A DNA stretch of 59,046 nt, filler included, from 8 parts of 8 records of this genome joined end to end with filler, not necessarily neighbours in it, one strand, 5' to 3'. Positions 1-12,153 are shown, numbered from the whole stretch's first letter. The notes: generated from the letters alone by a model not told the origin. Program-made: numbers and translations.

Positions 1-52
1 TCCTTCCAGAGTTCTTCAGCAGCCTGCTAGATCCGGCGGTGGGGTTTCGGGC

Positions 53-3000
53 GTGAAAAAAATTCTCGCGGTCATTATCGGACTCGTTCTGGTCCTGGCG
101 GCGGCAGTAGTCTTTCTGCCGCAGGTTATCGATTGGAACGAATACCGGGGTGAAATCGCCCACCGCGCCGAAATGCTGACCGGGCGCCAAATGGTTATCG
201 GCGGCGATATCCATATCGCGCTGTTGCCGGCGCCGGCCCTGGTCGCCAACGATGTCCGCATATCCAACCTGCGCGGCGCCGCGGCGGAACAGATGCTGCG
301 CCTCAAATCCCTCGAGGTTCGGGTCGCCCTCGGCCCCCTGCTTGGCGGCGCGGTCCAGGTCGAGACGGTGAAAATGGTCGATCCGGTGATCGAACTGGAA
401 CGCCTGGCCGATGGGCAATTGAACTGGCAATTCACCCCGGTTGAAAGCCGGGACGAAGGCGGTGTCTCGATGCCGCTTCCGGGTGTTGATGCGGACGCCG
501 GCGACGAAAGCACGTCTTCGGCGGTGCGGCTCGACAGTTTCCTGATCGAAAACGGTACCGTCGTCTTTCGCGATTCGAAACAAGGCCAGAAATGGCAGCT
601 CGACGGCCTCAACGCCCGCCTTGCCGCCGATTCCCTGAGCGGCCCCTACGACAGCGCCGGCGATTTGACCTATCGCGGCGTGCCGCTTTCCTATGAATTG
701 TCCTTGGGTCGCGTTGTCCAGGGCCGGACCCTGCCGGTAAACATGATCCTGAAGGCCGAGCCCGGCGAAACCGAGGCGCAGCTTTCCGGCGCCGTGCTCG
801 ATCTCGCCGAATCGCCGCGTTTCAGCGGCAAGATCGTCGCCAGCGGCGACACCCTGTCGAAGCTCATCAATGATCTTGTCGGTCCGGAAACGGCGCCGAC
901 GGCCCTGAAAAAACCGTTCCGGATCGAAGGCGGCGTTGCCATGTCCGCCGACGGCCTCGAAACCGAGGATTTGGCCGTCACCCTGGGGCCGGTGCGGGCC
1001 TCGGGCGGCGCCCGGGTGGATTTCACCGATCCGGTCAATATCGATCTGCGCCTTGCCGCCAACCATATCGATCTCGATGCCCTGCTGGCGGCCGAACCGC
1101 CGGGCGAAAACGCCGACGGCGCCGGTCCGCTTGCCGGTGAAACGCCGGCCGATGCGGCGCCGGGTGAAAAAGGGGACGGCGCGGAACCGCAACCGGTGAC
1201 CGAAGATGCCGGCTTCGTCATCCCCGACAACCTGACCGGGGTTTTCGATCTTTCCATCGCCGCCCTGACCTTCAGCGGCAGCAATATCAGCGAGGCCCGG
1301 ATCAATGCCGAAATCGGCGGCGGCGAAATCACCATCAGCCAACTGTCGGCCCTGCTGCCGGGCGGATCCGACGTCTTTGCCACCGGCTTTCTGTCGGCCG
1401 ACGCCGGCCGGCCCAAATTCGACGGCAATGTCGACGTCAAAATCAGCGATCTGCGCCGGGTCTTCGGCTGGCTCGGCATCGAGCCGCCGGATGTGCCGTC
1501 CGACCGTCTGCGCACCGCCGCCCTGAAGGGGCAGATCGTCGCCGATGCCGTGCAGATCCAGGGCCGCAATCTGGACGCCACCATCGATACCTCACACCTC
1601 ACCGGCGGCGTTACCCTGGCCTTGCGCAAAAAACTCGCCTTTGGCGCCAATTTCAAGGTTGACCGGCTCAATCTCGACGCCTACATGGCGTCCGAAAACG
1701 ATGCTTCCGCGGACAAACCCCGGCAGCCCCTGGAAACTGGGCAAACCGGCAACGGCCCGGCCGCGGGCAAGGACGACGCCAAAGCCGAAAACCCGTTCCC
1801 GGCTTTGGCATTCCTCAATCGGTTCGACGCCAATTTGAAGCTGCAGATCGAACGCATGACCTACCGCCGGGTGCCTTTCAACCAGGTGGCGTTCGACGGC
1901 ACGCTGTTCGGCGGCAATCTCGAGATCCGCAAAGCCACCGTCGGCGACCTCGTCGGTGCCAAGGGCAGCGTCAGCGGCAGCCTGGTCGGCCTGACCCAGA
2001 TTCCCGGCTTGCGGAACGTTCATTTCGAACTGACCGACATCGATGCCGTCCGGCTGATGCGTCTGTTCGAACTGGATGCCCCGTTTACGTCGAAGGATGT
2101 CGGCAAGGTGTCGCTTACGGGACGCGCCGAAGGCGTTCTGCTGCAGCCCGAATTCGATCTGATCCTGAAGGCCCGCGATACCTCGGCCGATCTCGGCGGC
2201 AAACTATCCCTTTTGCCGATACGGCCGCTGTTCGACGGCGAGATCAAAGTCCGCCACGCCGATTTTCCGCAATTCCTAAGGATACTGGGCCTGACCTACA
2301 GGCCGACCGGTCGCCTCGGCGGTTTCGGGCTGTCGGCCCGGGTCAAGGGCGATCTCGGCAAGGCAACGTTCGAACAGCTGAGCGGGCGCATCGGCCCGGT
2401 CGTGATCAACGGCGGCCTGGTCTTCGACGGCACCGGTCCGCGGCCGCGCATAAGCGCCGATGTCACCACCGGGCGTATCCCGGTCGATCAGTTCCTGCCG
2501 GCCAACGGGCGGGCGGCGATGGCGCCCATCGCCGCGCCGCGCATCATGCCCGCCGTCTGGCGGCCGTCGGACTCGGCGACCTTCGGCGCCGAAGCGTTCC
2601 TTCGCATCGCCACGGCGGCCGGTTCGGTCTGGCCGACGGATGCCATCGACCTTGGCTTCCTGCAGGCCTTCGATGCCGATTTGAAGCTGCAGTCGGAAGC
2701 CGTCTCCTATGACGCCATCTCGGTTATGGGTGCCGTCGCGGACCTTTCCGTCATCGAAGGCGTGCTCAGGGCCAATTCCCTGACCGGACGGCTTTTCGGC
2801 GGCGACTTGAAAGCCATCGCCAGCGTCTATTCCGAACCGGTGCCGCACATCAACGGTTCCCTCTCGCTCAGCACCGCCGACCTGGGCGCCGCCGAACTGG
2901 CCCTTGTCGGACGGCGAACCTTGTCGGGCGGCGGCAACTTCCGCATGACCTTCGATGCCACCGGGCGTAGCGTCGCCGGTCTGATCGGCGGCCTCGGCGG

Positions 3001-3490
3001 CGACGGCTCCTTCGAACTGACCCGGGTCGCTTTGGCCAAGGATCCCAAGGGATCGGGGCTCGGCCCCATCGGCGGACTGCTCAGCGGCCTCAACGAGGTT
3101 GTCGGCGTGATCAGCGGCGTCCGCTCGGGCAGCGGCTTGGCCGATATCTCGGCCGGCTTCGGGATCGCCAAAGGCATCGCCCACACCGAAAACCTGGCCT
3201 TCGTCACCAATGCCGGCGCCGGCCAGGGGCGCGGCGACATCGACCTGCCCAATTGGCGCATGAAGATCTCCGGCGATATCCAACTGTCGCAGAACCTGCT
3301 GGGCCTGCTTTTGGGAACCACCGGCATGGCGATCACGGTCCCTTATCGCATCGAGGGGCCGCTCGACAAACCCGGCGTCTTCATCGATACGGCGAAACTT
3401 CCCGGCAAGGCGCTCAGCATTCCCGGCAACATCATCGACAAGACCGGCATCGGCGACGTCCTGCGCCGGATCAATCCGCTGGCTAAATAG
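53..3490 (+). CDS. AsmA family protein (AsmA-like lipid-bridge clan), 1145 aa
   Basis: GTG start; N-terminal TM anchor followed by 'IDWNEYRGEIAHRAEMLTGRQM', typical AsmA N-terminus; beta-rich body; C-terminal 'VPYRIEGPLDKP' AsmA-like end. Confidence 0.85.
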   Translation: MKKILAVIIGLVLVLAAAVVFLPQVIDWNEYRGEIAHRAEMLTGRQMVIGGDIHIALLPAPALVANDVRISNLRGAAAEQMLRLKSLEVRVALGPLLGGAVQVETVKMVDPVIELERLADGQLNWQFTPVESRDEGGVSMPLPGVDADAGDESTSSAVRLDSFLIENGTVVFRDSKQGQKWQLDGLNARLAADSLSGPYDSAGDLTYRGVPLSYELSLGRVVQGRTLPVNMILKAEPGETEAQLSGAVLDLAESPRFSGKIVASGDTLSKLINDLVGPETAPTALKKPFRIEGGVAMSADGLETEDLAVTLGPVRASGGARVDFTDPVNIDLRLAANHIDLDALLAAEPPGENADGAGPLAGETPADAAPGEKGDGAEPQPVTEDAGFVIPDNLTGVFDLSIAALTFSGSNISEARINAEIGGGEITISQLSALLPGGSDVFATGFLSADAGRPKFDGNVDVKISDLRRVFGWLGIEPPDVPSDRLRTAALKGQIVADAVQIQGRNLDATIDTSHLTGGVTLALRKKLAFGANFKVDRLNLDAYMASENDASADKPRQPLETGQTGNGPAAGKDDAKAENPFPALAFLNRFDANLKLQIERMTYRRVPFNQVAFDGTLFGGNLEIRKATVGDLVGAKGSVSGSLVGLTQIPGLRNVHFELTDIDAVRLMRLFELDAPFTSKDVGKVSLTGRAEGVLLQPEFDLILKARDTSADLGGKLSLLPIRPLFDGEIKVRHADFPQFLRILGLTYRPTGRLGGFGLSARVKGDLGKATFEQLSGRIGPVVINGGLVFDGTGPRPRISADVTTGRIPVDQFLPANGRAAMAPIAAPRIMPAVWRPSDSATFGAEAFLRIATAAGSVWPTDAIDLGFLQAFDADLKLQSEAVSYDAISVMGAVADLSVIEGVLRANSLTGRLFGGDLKAIASVYSEPVPHINGSLSLSTADLGAAELALVGRRTLSGGGNFRMTFDATGRSVAGLIGGLGGDGSFELTRVALAKDPKGSGLGPIGGLLSGLNEVVGVISGVRSGSGLADISAGFGIAKGIAHTENLAFVTNAGAGQGRGDIDLPNWRMKISGDIQLSQNLLGLLLGTTGMAITVPYRIEGPLDKPGVFIDTAKLPGKALSIPGNIIDKTGIGDVLRRINPLAK

Positions 3491-3538
3491 ATCGCAAAAT
3501 GGAAGAAGAGGGCAGGGGCGGGGCCGCCGTTGTCGACT

Positions 3539-3769
3539 CTAGATCCCGGCCTTCTTTTCGGTTTCCCTGAGCACGAACACGCGGATCGCGCTCGACAGGT
3601 TGCCTCGGCGTTCCTGGTCGATACCCTCGATCAGGCGGTTCAGCGAGGTCCCGCGCGCTTCCGCGATGGCTTTCAGGGCGCGCCAGAATTCCGGCTCCAG
3701 CGAGACGCTGGTGGCATGCCCGGCGATCAGGACCGAGCGCTTGCGCAATCCCGGTTTATCGGCGTTCAT
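3539..3769 (-). CDS. Ribbon-helix-helix (RHH_4) domain protein, 76 aa
   Basis: 'KRSVLIAGHATSVSLEPEFW...NLSSAIRVFVL' signature; ATG at 3769 overlaps the upstream TGA (ATGA), so the real start is later than in the ORF track. Confidence 0.85.
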   Translation of the reverse strand: MNADKPGLRKRSVLIAGHATSVSLEPEFWRALKAIAEARGTSLNRLIEGIDQERRGNLSSAIRVFVLRETEKKAGI

Positions 3770-4128
3770 GATTTCTTGTTTCCCTTTTTTGCGCCCTTTT
3801 TGGCCGCCGACCGGCGGCTCGCTTCCCAGGCCCTGCGGGACCAGGCGCTCAGGTCGTCGGCATCGTCGAGCACCTCGGCCGGTACCTCCCAATAGGACAT
3901 GGGGAAGGGTTTGTCGGCGAAAGGCACGAAAGGCGTCATGCCGGCTTTCTCGTAATCGCCGCGGTTTTGCTCGTCGACCTTGAGATACAGCACGTCGTCG
4001 GCGATCAGGCCGACGATGGTGCCGTCCAGGTATATCCCGGCGCCGCCGAACATGCGCCTGGCGGTGACGTGGCCGGCACCGTCCAGCATCTCGATCACAT
4101 GGTCGCGGAACTCGGCACTGAATGCCAT
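3766..4128 (-). CDS. TfoX/Sxy N-terminal domain protein
   Basis: 'RRMFGGAGIY...LYLKVD...PF...MSYWEVP' TfoX_N motifs. Confidence 0.85.
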   Translation of the reverse strand: MAFSAEFRDHVIEMLDGAGHVTARRMFGGAGIYLDGTIVGLIADDVLYLKVDEQNRGDYEKAGMTPFVPFADKPFPMSYWEVPAEVLDDADDLSAWSRRAWEASRRSAAKKGAKKGNKKS

Positions 4129-4153
4129 GGCCGCATATCCCTTCCGGCGGTGG

Positions 4154-4786
4154 CTACAGAAGATTTTCGTACAGCAGAAGGCCGGCGAAGGCCAGCAGGA
4201 TGAGCCCGGTGCCGCGGTTTACCGCGGTTTGCACGAATGGCCGGGTCAGCCATTGCCGAGCCCGTTCGGCGATCCAGGCCAGCGGCGCCTGCCAGATGAC
4301 GTTGATGATTATCAGGGTCACCGCCAGGGTTATCAGCTGTGCCGTCGCCGCCCCCTTCGCCGGATCGACGAAGTTGGGAAACAGCGCCAGGAACAGAACG
4401 ATCACCTTGGGATTGAGCACGTTGCACAGGATCGCGTCCAAACACGCCCTTCGTGGCCGTACCGCGGCGCCGCTGGCCGATATGGACAACGATCCGCCGC
4501 CGCGCAGGCCCTGCAATCCAAGCCATCCCAGATAGGCCGCCCCGGCCATGGCGACGATGCGAAACAGGACCGGCGACGAGGCGATGATGACCGAGACCCC
4601 GGCCACCGCCAGGGCCGTATGCACCAGCAGGCCCATCTGCACGCCCAGAACGGTGGCGAACCCGGTGCGCTGCCCGGATGTGAGGGTGTAGCGGATGATC
4701 AGCAGGGTATCGGGGCCGGGCGACATGACAATGGCGCCGGCGGCGACGATGAAGGCGAAAAGCGTGCTTGGTTCGATCGGCAGCAT
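4154..4786 (-). CDS. LysE/RhtB family translocator
   Basis: 'SPGPD' and 'NVLNPK' motifs; six hydrophobic segments. Confidence 0.9.
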   Translation of the reverse strand: MLPIEPSTLFAFIVAAGAIVMSPGPDTLLIIRYTLTSGQRTGFATVLGVQMGLLVHTALAVAGVSVIIASSPVLFRIVAMAGAAYLGWLGLQGLRGGGSLSISASGAAVRPRRACLDAILCNVLNPKVIVLFLALFPNFVDPAKGAATAQLITLAVTLIIINVIWQAPLAWIAERARQWLTRPFVQTAVNRGTGLILLAFAGLLLYENLL

Positions 4787-4876
4787 GATGAATTCGGACT
4801 AGGCCCGACACCCCAACCCTGTCAAGGCTTGTATGGCGTCCGTTCCTACAAGGAGGGCGCGAAACACATTCCCGCT

Positions 4877-6271
<1,395 letters not shown>

Positions 6272-6403
6272 GCCTCCCTCCCTGGCTGATCGGCGGCTGC
6301 AGGCCCGATCCTAACCCAATCGCCGGGCCAGCCGCCACGCCTTCCGGTTCGGCGCGCCGCGCGTCCCCTTTCCCGAAGGCCCGGTGCATGTGTAAAATCG
6401 GCG

Positions 6404-7102
6404 ATGGCCGTACCCGAAACCCCCATCTGCCCGTTGTGCGCGGGCGACCGTATAACCCCGTATCATAGCGATCGCAGGCGCGACTATCTGGCCTGCCGGA
6501 CCTGCCGGCTGGTCTTCGTGCCGCCGCACCAGCACCTGTGTAAGGCCGATCAGAAGGCCTATTACGATCTGCATGACAACAGGCCGGACGATCCCGGTTA
6601 CCGGCGCTTTCTTTCGCGCCTTTTTACTCCGCTGAACGAACGCCTGGCACCCCATTCCCGCGGCCTCGATTTTGGCTGCGGGCCGGGTCCGACGCTATCA
6701 GCGATGTTCGAGGAAGCCGGCCATGCGATGGCGCTTTACGATTCCTTCTATGCGCCCGATCGGTCCGTCCTTACTGCCGCCTACGACTTCATAACGCTAA
6801 GCGAGGTGGTCGAGCACATGGCCGAACCGGGCCGCGACCTGGGAACTTTGTGGACGGGCCTGAAGGCGGGCGGCTGGCTCGGCATCATGACGAAGCGGGT
6901 CCGCGACCCGGAAGCGTTTGCGACCTGGCACTACATCACCGATCCGACCCACATCGCCTTTTTTTCCGAGACCACCTTTCGCTGGCTGGCCCGGTTCTGG
7001 TCGGCTCGGGATTGTCCGGCAAGGCTGATCGTCGCCGGTGCCGACGTCGTTCTGATCGAAAAAGGCCAGGGGAGGAATGGTGCCGGCAGGGATGGCGCTT
7101 AG
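6404..7102 (+). CDS. Class I SAM-dependent methyltransferase with N-terminal Zn ribbon
   Basis: CPLC...CRTC; 'LDFGCGPG' SAM motif; 'EVVEH'; 'DPTHIAFFS'. Confidence 0.85.
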   Translation: MAVPETPICPLCAGDRITPYHSDRRRDYLACRTCRLVFVPPHQHLCKADQKAYYDLHDNRPDDPGYRRFLSRLFTPLNERLAPHSRGLDFGCGPGPTLSAMFEEAGHAMALYDSFYAPDRSVLTAAYDFITLSEVVEHMAEPGRDLGTLWTGLKAGGWLGIMTKRVRDPEAFATWHYITDPTHIAFFSETTFRWLARFWSARDCPARLIVAGADVVLIEKGQGRNGAGRDGA

Positions 7103-7152
7103 GGCCGGGCGTCCATATCTTGAAGTCTTGATAATCGGAGGGACTTTTTCAG

Positions 7153-7539
7153 ATGACCTATCACTTTTCCCGCAAGCTCGATCTCGATTTCGACGCCGCG
7201 ATTCAACATGTCACCGACGCCCTGGCCGCCCAGGGCTTCGGCGTGCTTACCACCATCGACGTCAAGGCCACCTTCAAGAAGAAGCTCGATGTCGATTTCC
7301 GGCCCTACACCATACTGGGCGCCTGCAATCCCAACTTCGCCATCCAGGCGATCGCGCAGGAACCGCATATCGGCACCATGCTGCCGTGCAACGTCATCGT
7401 CCAGCAGGGCGAAGACGGCTGCATCGAAGTCTCCGCCGTCGATCCCATGGCCTCCATGCAGGCCGTCGAAAACGCCGAATTGGTCGGCATTGCCACCCAG
7501 GTCCGCGACCGGCTGAAAACGGTCATCGACGGGCTTTAG
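7153..7539 (+). CDS. DUF302 domain protein
   Basis: 'GFGVLTTIDVKAT...YTILGACNP...MLPCNV...VSAVDP'. Confidence 0.9.
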   Translation: MTYHFSRKLDLDFDAAIQHVTDALAAQGFGVLTTIDVKATFKKKLDVDFRPYTILGACNPNFAIQAIAQEPHIGTMLPCNVIVQQGEDGCIEVSAVDPMASMQAVENAELVGIATQVRDRLKTVIDGL

Positions 7540-7547
7540 GACGCAGC

Positions 7548-7997
7548 CTAGCTTCTCTTGGCCGCCTGCACGGCGGTTTCCAGCGCCTGCAGAAAGCGCG
7601 ACCGGTCGGCCTTCGAAAAGGGCGCCGGCCCGCCGGTGATTTGGCCTGTTTCGCGCAAACCCGCCATCAAATCGCGGGTCGCCAGGGCGGTGCCGATGGA
7701 ATCATCCGTAAACACCTTGCCGTTCGGCCGGATCGCGGCCGCCGCCTTTTTCAGGCAGGCGTCGGCCAGCGGAATGTCGTTGGTAATTGCGATGTCGCCG
7801 GCGCCGATATGCTCGGCGATCCAGTTATCGGCCGCGTCCGGACCCGACGGCACGATCACCATCTCGACCAGCGGGCTTTGGGGCGGGCGGATGCCGCCGT
7901 CGCTGACCAGGAACGTTTTCAGGCCGTGACGTCCGGCCACCTTCAAAACCTCGTCCCGGACCGGGCAGGCATCGGCATCGACATAGATCTCGGGCAT
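7548..7997 (-). CDS. YaiI/YqxD family protein (UPF0178)
   Basis: 'IYVDADACPV...DAADNWI...TNDIPLA'. Confidence 0.92.
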   Translation of the reverse strand: MPEIYVDADACPVRDEVLKVAGRHGLKTFLVSDGGIRPPQSPLVEMVIVPSGPDAADNWIAEHIGAGDIAITNDIPLADACLKKAAAAIRPNGKVFTDDSIGTALATRDLMAGLRETGQITGGPAPFSKADRSRFLQALETAVQAAKRS

Positions 7998-8083
7998 GGT
8001 CTTCCGACGGGCTGTGAAAACGTAGGTGCACCTATCCTAGCACCGCTTGTCCAGCGGTTGCGACCCGGCGCGGAAAACCCCGG

Positions 8084-8776
8084 TTATTTTTTGACCGGAT
8101 ACGCGTAGCCGCCCCGTTTCGAGGTCTTCAAGCCCTGGCGGACCAGGCTTTCGCATAAACCGACCGCGCAGGCGACGCCGTCAAGCACCGGCAGGCTGTG
8201 TTCGGCTGTCAGCGATTCCGCCAGATCGGTCATGCCGGCGCAGCCGAGCACGATGGCCTCGGCCCGGTCCTCGACGATGGCGCGTTTGATCTCGGCGCTG
8301 ATCCGGGCCCTGGCGTCGCCGCCGTTGGTTTCGAGATCCAGCACCGGCACCTCCGACGCCCTGACCTTGGCGCAGCGTGTCGCCAGCCCGTAACGCGTCA
8401 GGTTGTGCTCGATGGCGGGAACGGAACGCGACAGGGTGGTGACCACCGAAAACCTGTTGGCCAGCATGCTCGCCATGTGAAAGGCCGCCTCGCCGATGCC
8501 CAAGACCGGCGCGGTTGTCATGCAGCGGATCGCATCGAGGCCGGTATCGTCGAAACAGGCGAGCGCGATGGCGTCGACATCCGGATGGTCGCGGACCACC
8601 GAGATGACCCCGGCCAGGCTCTCGGCCTCGTCGAAATAGCCTTCGATGCTGACCGGGCCGCTATCCGGATTGACCGCGATGATTTCGGTTCCCGGCGTCG
8701 CCGCCTTGTTGGCCGCCTCGCCGATTTTTTTCGTCATCGACGCGGTCGTGTTGGGATTGAGAACGAGAAGTCGCAT
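8084..8776 (-). CDS. Asp/Glu/hydantoin racemase family, probably allantoin or hydantoin racemase
   Basis: 'LNPNTTASMT', 'GPVSIEG', two catalytic Cys in 'ACFDD' and 'LGCAGM'. Confidence 0.85.
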   Translation of the reverse strand: MRLLVLNPNTTASMTKKIGEAANKAATPGTEIIAVNPDSGPVSIEGYFDEAESLAGVISVVRDHPDVDAIALACFDDTGLDAIRCMTTAPVLGIGEAAFHMASMLANRFSVVTTLSRSVPAIEHNLTRYGLATRCAKVRASEVPVLDLETNGGDARARISAEIKRAIVEDRAEAIVLGCAGMTDLAESLTAEHSLPVLDGVACAVGLCESLVRQGLKTSKRGGYAYPVKK

Positions 8777-8790
8777 GGTTCCGATCCGCC

Positions 8791-9513
8791 TTAGACTTCG
8801 GCGCCGAGATAGGCGGCCTTGATCCTGTCGTCGTTCAACAGGTCCTTGGAATTTCCGGCAAGAACGATGGCGCCGGTGGCCATCGCATAGGTACGATGCG
8901 AAATGCTCAGCGCCATGCGCGAGTTCTGCTCGACCAGCAGGACCGTCACCTTTTCGTCGCGGTTGATGGCGACGATGGACCGGGCGATATCCTGAACCAG
9001 TTTCGGCGCGATGCCGAGCGACGGTTCGTCGAGCAGCAACAGGCGCGGCTTCGCCATCAGGGCGCGGCCGATCACCAGCATCTGCTGCTCGCCGCCGCTT
9101 AGCGTGCCGGCGGTCTGCGAATAGCGTTCCTTGAGGCGAGGAAAGCGTTCCAGAACGTTGTCGAGCGAGCGCTGGATATCCGCCTTGTCGGTGCGCGTAA
9201 ACGCGCCCATCAGCAGATTGTCCTTCACCGTCATGAACGGAAAGACACGGCGGCCTTCCGGCACCATGGCGATGCCCATCTTGACGATATCGGCCGCTTT
9301 CGTGCCGTCGATCCGTTGGCCCTGGAAATGGATCTCGCCGTTGCGGATTTTCTGCAATCCGGTGATGGCGCGAAGGATCGACGACTTGCCGGCGCCGTTG
9401 GCGCCGATCAGCGCCACGGTTTCGCCTTCGTTCAATTCGATGGAGACGTCTTTCAGCGCATAGACGTGATCGTAATACAGTTCGACGTGGTCGAATTTCA
9501 GCATCTGGTTCAT
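8791..9513 (-). CDS. ABC ATPase, LivF-like
   Basis: GANGAGKS, 'VPEGRRVF', LSGGEQQM, LLLDEPSLG. Confidence 0.92.
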   Translation of the reverse strand: MNQMLKFDHVELYYDHVYALKDVSIELNEGETVALIGANGAGKSSILRAITGLQKIRNGEIHFQGQRIDGTKAADIVKMGIAMVPEGRRVFPFMTVKDNLLMGAFTRTDKADIQRSLDNVLERFPRLKERYSQTAGTLSGGEQQMLVIGRALMAKPRLLLLDEPSLGIAPKLVQDIARSIVAINRDEKVTVLLVEQNSRMALSISHRTYAMATGAIVLAGNSKDLLNDDRIKAAYLGAEV

Positions 9514-9516
9514 CGT

Positions 9517-10296
9517 TTACATTCCGATCTCATCGTCTTCGCTGCCGAGATAGGCTTCGATGACTTTTTCGTTCGCCTGGATTTCCGCCGGTGTGCCTTC
9601 GGCGATCTTGACGCCGAAATTGATCACCACGATGCGATCGGAAATCTGCATGACCGCCTCCATGTCGTGTTCGACCAGAAGCACGGTGACGCCGCGGTCG
9701 CGGACGCCGCGAACCAGTTCAACCATATGCGTGGTCTCGTCACGGTTCATGCCGGCGAAAGGCTCGTCCAACAACAGCACGGTCGGATTGGTCGCCAGCC
9801 CGATGGCGATGCCAAGGGCCCGCAGATGACCCTGCGGCAGGTTGCTGGCGATCTCGTCCTTGATGTCGCCCAATCCCAGGAACTCGACGATCTCGTCGGC
9901 CGAGCGGCCGAATTCGGCTTCGTCGGTCCGGGCCTTGCCGGTGCCCAGGAAATAACCGGCCAGATTGGCCCGCGAGCGCAGATGGTGGGCGATGATGACG
10001 TTGTCGCGCACCGACATGCTCTTGAAGATGGTGGTTTCCTGAAACGTCCGAACCACGCCCTTCCTGGCGACGATGTGCGGCGCCAGGTTGGAGATGCGCT
10101 CGCCCTTGAAAGTGACCTCGCCGCTGGTCGTATGCAGGAACGACGAGATCAGCTTGAAGATGGTCGACTTGCCGGCCCCGTTCGGTCCGATGACCGACAG
10201 GATCTGCTTTTCCTCGACCTCGAACGAGACATCGCCGACCGCCGTCAGGCCGCCGAATTTCTTGGTCAGTCCCTTGACCTCAAGAAGCGCGCTCAT
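9517..10296 (-). CDS. ABC ATPase, LivG-like
   Basis: 'FGGLTAV', GPNGAGKS, 'RTFQ', LLLDEP, 'VEHDM', 'EAYLG'. Confidence 0.92.
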   Translation of the reverse strand: MSALLEVKGLTKKFGGLTAVGDVSFEVEEKQILSVIGPNGAGKSTIFKLISSFLHTTSGEVTFKGERISNLAPHIVARKGVVRTFQETTIFKSMSVRDNVIIAHHLRSRANLAGYFLGTGKARTDEAEFGRSADEIVEFLGLGDIKDEIASNLPQGHLRALGIAIGLATNPTVLLLDEPFAGMNRDETTHMVELVRGVRDRGVTVLLVEHDMEAVMQISDRIVVINFGVKIAEGTPAEIQANEKVIEAYLGSEDDEIGM

Positions 10297-11273
10297 TTGC
10301 CCAGCCCCCGCTTGTTAAAGAGGGGAAGGCTCAGAATGCCGTTCGGCAGGGTCACGATGAGCAGGATCAGAATCGCCGAATAGATCAGCAACTGATATTG
10401 GCCGGTCGTGAACAGCACGTCCCATCCGAAATAGATCATGAAGGTCCCCAGCATCGGCCCGAAGACGTAGCCGAGGCCGCCCAGGAAGCAGTTGAGCATG
10501 AAGTCGACCGAGTCCTTGACCGGGAAACTAGCCGGATAGATCGATCGCGAGATGGCGACGAATATCGCTCCGGAAACGCCGCCCAGGAACGACGATATGG
10601 CGAACGCGATGACCCGTAAGTAAGCGATGTTGACGCCGATCGAGGAAGCCAGTTCCTCGTTCTGCTGCAAGGACCGGCACAGATGGCCGACCCGCGAATT
10701 GACCAGGCGGTAAAGCCCGGCGAAGCTGACCACCATCAAAACCACGGCCAAGTAATAGAAGGCCAGCTTGACGTTCTCGATGGTCGAAAAATCGGGAATG
10801 ATGGTCAGCCCGAAGATCGACAGTTCGCCCGGCAGCGGAATCGACGAGATCCCCCGGGCGCCGTTGGTGATCGGCAGCGCCAGGGCGGCCAGGCGTGCGA
10901 CCTCGGTCAGGACCAGCGTGATCATCGCGAAATAGACGCCGCGCAGACGCAGGATCGGCAGGCCGATCAGCACCGCCATGAAGGCGCAGAACAAACCGGC
11001 CAGCGGGATCGTCAGCCAGAAGGAAAATCCGAACTTGGTGACCAGGATGGCCGATACGTAACCGCCGGTCAGGGCAAACGCGCCTTGCCCGATGTTGATC
11101 CGGCCGATGTAGAAGGTCAGCCAGACGCCGCCGCTGGCGATCGACAGCAGGGCGACCGACGTCAGTGTGTAATAGAAGTCCCAGCGGCCACTGACATGGA
11201 TCAACCAGGGAACGATCAGGAAGACGGTCGCGAAAAACGCGCCGACCCCGATAAGTTGGTTTTTTTGCAGCAT
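10293..11273 (-). CDS. Branched-chain amino acid-type ABC permease, LivM-like
   Basis: 'LRLRGVYFAMITL', 'LGGLG..GPMLG'; hydrophobic. Confidence 0.9.
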   Translation of the reverse strand: MLQKNQLIGVGAFFATVFLIVPWLIHVSGRWDFYYTLTSVALLSIASGGVWLTFYIGRINIGQGAFALTGGYVSAILVTKFGFSFWLTIPLAGLFCAFMAVLIGLPILRLRGVYFAMITLVLTEVARLAALALPITNGARGISSIPLPGELSIFGLTIIPDFSTIENVKLAFYYLAVVLMVVSFAGLYRLVNSRVGHLCRSLQQNEELASSIGVNIAYLRVIAFAISSFLGGVSGAIFVAISRSIYPASFPVKDSVDFMLNCFLGGLGYVFGPMLGTFMIYFGWDVLFTTGQYQLLIYSAILILLIVTLPNGILSLPLFNKRGLGK

Positions 11274-11280
11274 CGTTCTA

Positions 11281-12153
11281 TCAACCCCAGGGTTTGCCCA
11301 TGAGCCCTTGCGGGCGGATGGCCAGGAACACCATCAGCGACGCGAAGATCACCAGGTAGGTGATGTCGCCGTAGGCGGCGAGCACGGAAAGACCGATCGA
11401 TTCCATCATGCCGAGGATGAAGCCGCCGGCGATGGCGCCCGAAATCACCCCGGCGCCGCCGATCATCACCATCATGAAGGCCTTGATCGAGGTCGGTCCG
11501 CCCATGCCCAGATTGATCCCGGTAATCGTCACCAGAAGGCCGCCGACAACGCCGGCCAGCATGGCGCCCAACGCAAATCCGATCATCGAATAGTGGGCAA
11601 CGTCGACGCCCATCAACTGGGCCGCGATCTTGTCCTGGGCGAGCGCCCGCATGGCCCGGCCGGTCTTCGAATACTGCATGTAACAGATGAATGCCGCGAT
11701 CGACAGAATGGCCAAAACGCCGACCAGGATTTTGTCGTAGGGCATGACCATCGTGTAGTCGTTGTAATTGAACAGACCGTTGACGATCTTCGGCACGCCG
11801 CGCTGTTTCTCGCCGAATGCCAGCAGGATGACGGCATCCAGGAAAAAGGCGATTCCGGCCGCCAGCAGCATGGTACTTTCTTCGCGTACCGACTTTCTGA
11901 TGACCGGCCCGAACAGGAATTTCTCAACCAGGGCGCCGATGACGGCCAGCGTCGCCGCCGATGCCGCCAGGCCGACGACGAAGGGCAGGCCCAGCTGGGC
12001 ATAGACCGTGTAGGTGACGAAACCGCCGATCACGTACATCTGCCCGTGGGCGAAGTTGAGAACGTTCATCAGGGCGAATATCAGGGTCAGCCCCAAGGCG
12101 ATCAGCGCGTACTGCGCTCCCAGATACAGCCCGTTCGCAAGGATCTGTTCCAT
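11281..12153 (-). CDS. Branched-chain amino acid-type ABC permease, LivH-like
   Basis: 'YALIALGLTLIF..NVLNFAHG', 'TGRAMRA', 'RPQGLMG'. Confidence 0.9.
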   Translation of the reverse strand: MEQILANGLYLGAQYALIALGLTLIFALMNVLNFAHGQMYVIGGFVTYTVYAQLGLPFVVGLAASAATLAVIGALVEKFLFGPVIRKSVREESTMLLAAGIAFFLDAVILLAFGEKQRGVPKIVNGLFNYNDYTMVMPYDKILVGVLAILSIAAFICYMQYSKTGRAMRALAQDKIAAQLMGVDVAHYSMIGFALGAMLAGVVGGLLVTITGINLGMGGPTSIKAFMMVMIGGAGVISGAIAGGFILGMMESIGLSVLAAYGDITYLVIFASLMVFLAIRPQGLMGKPWG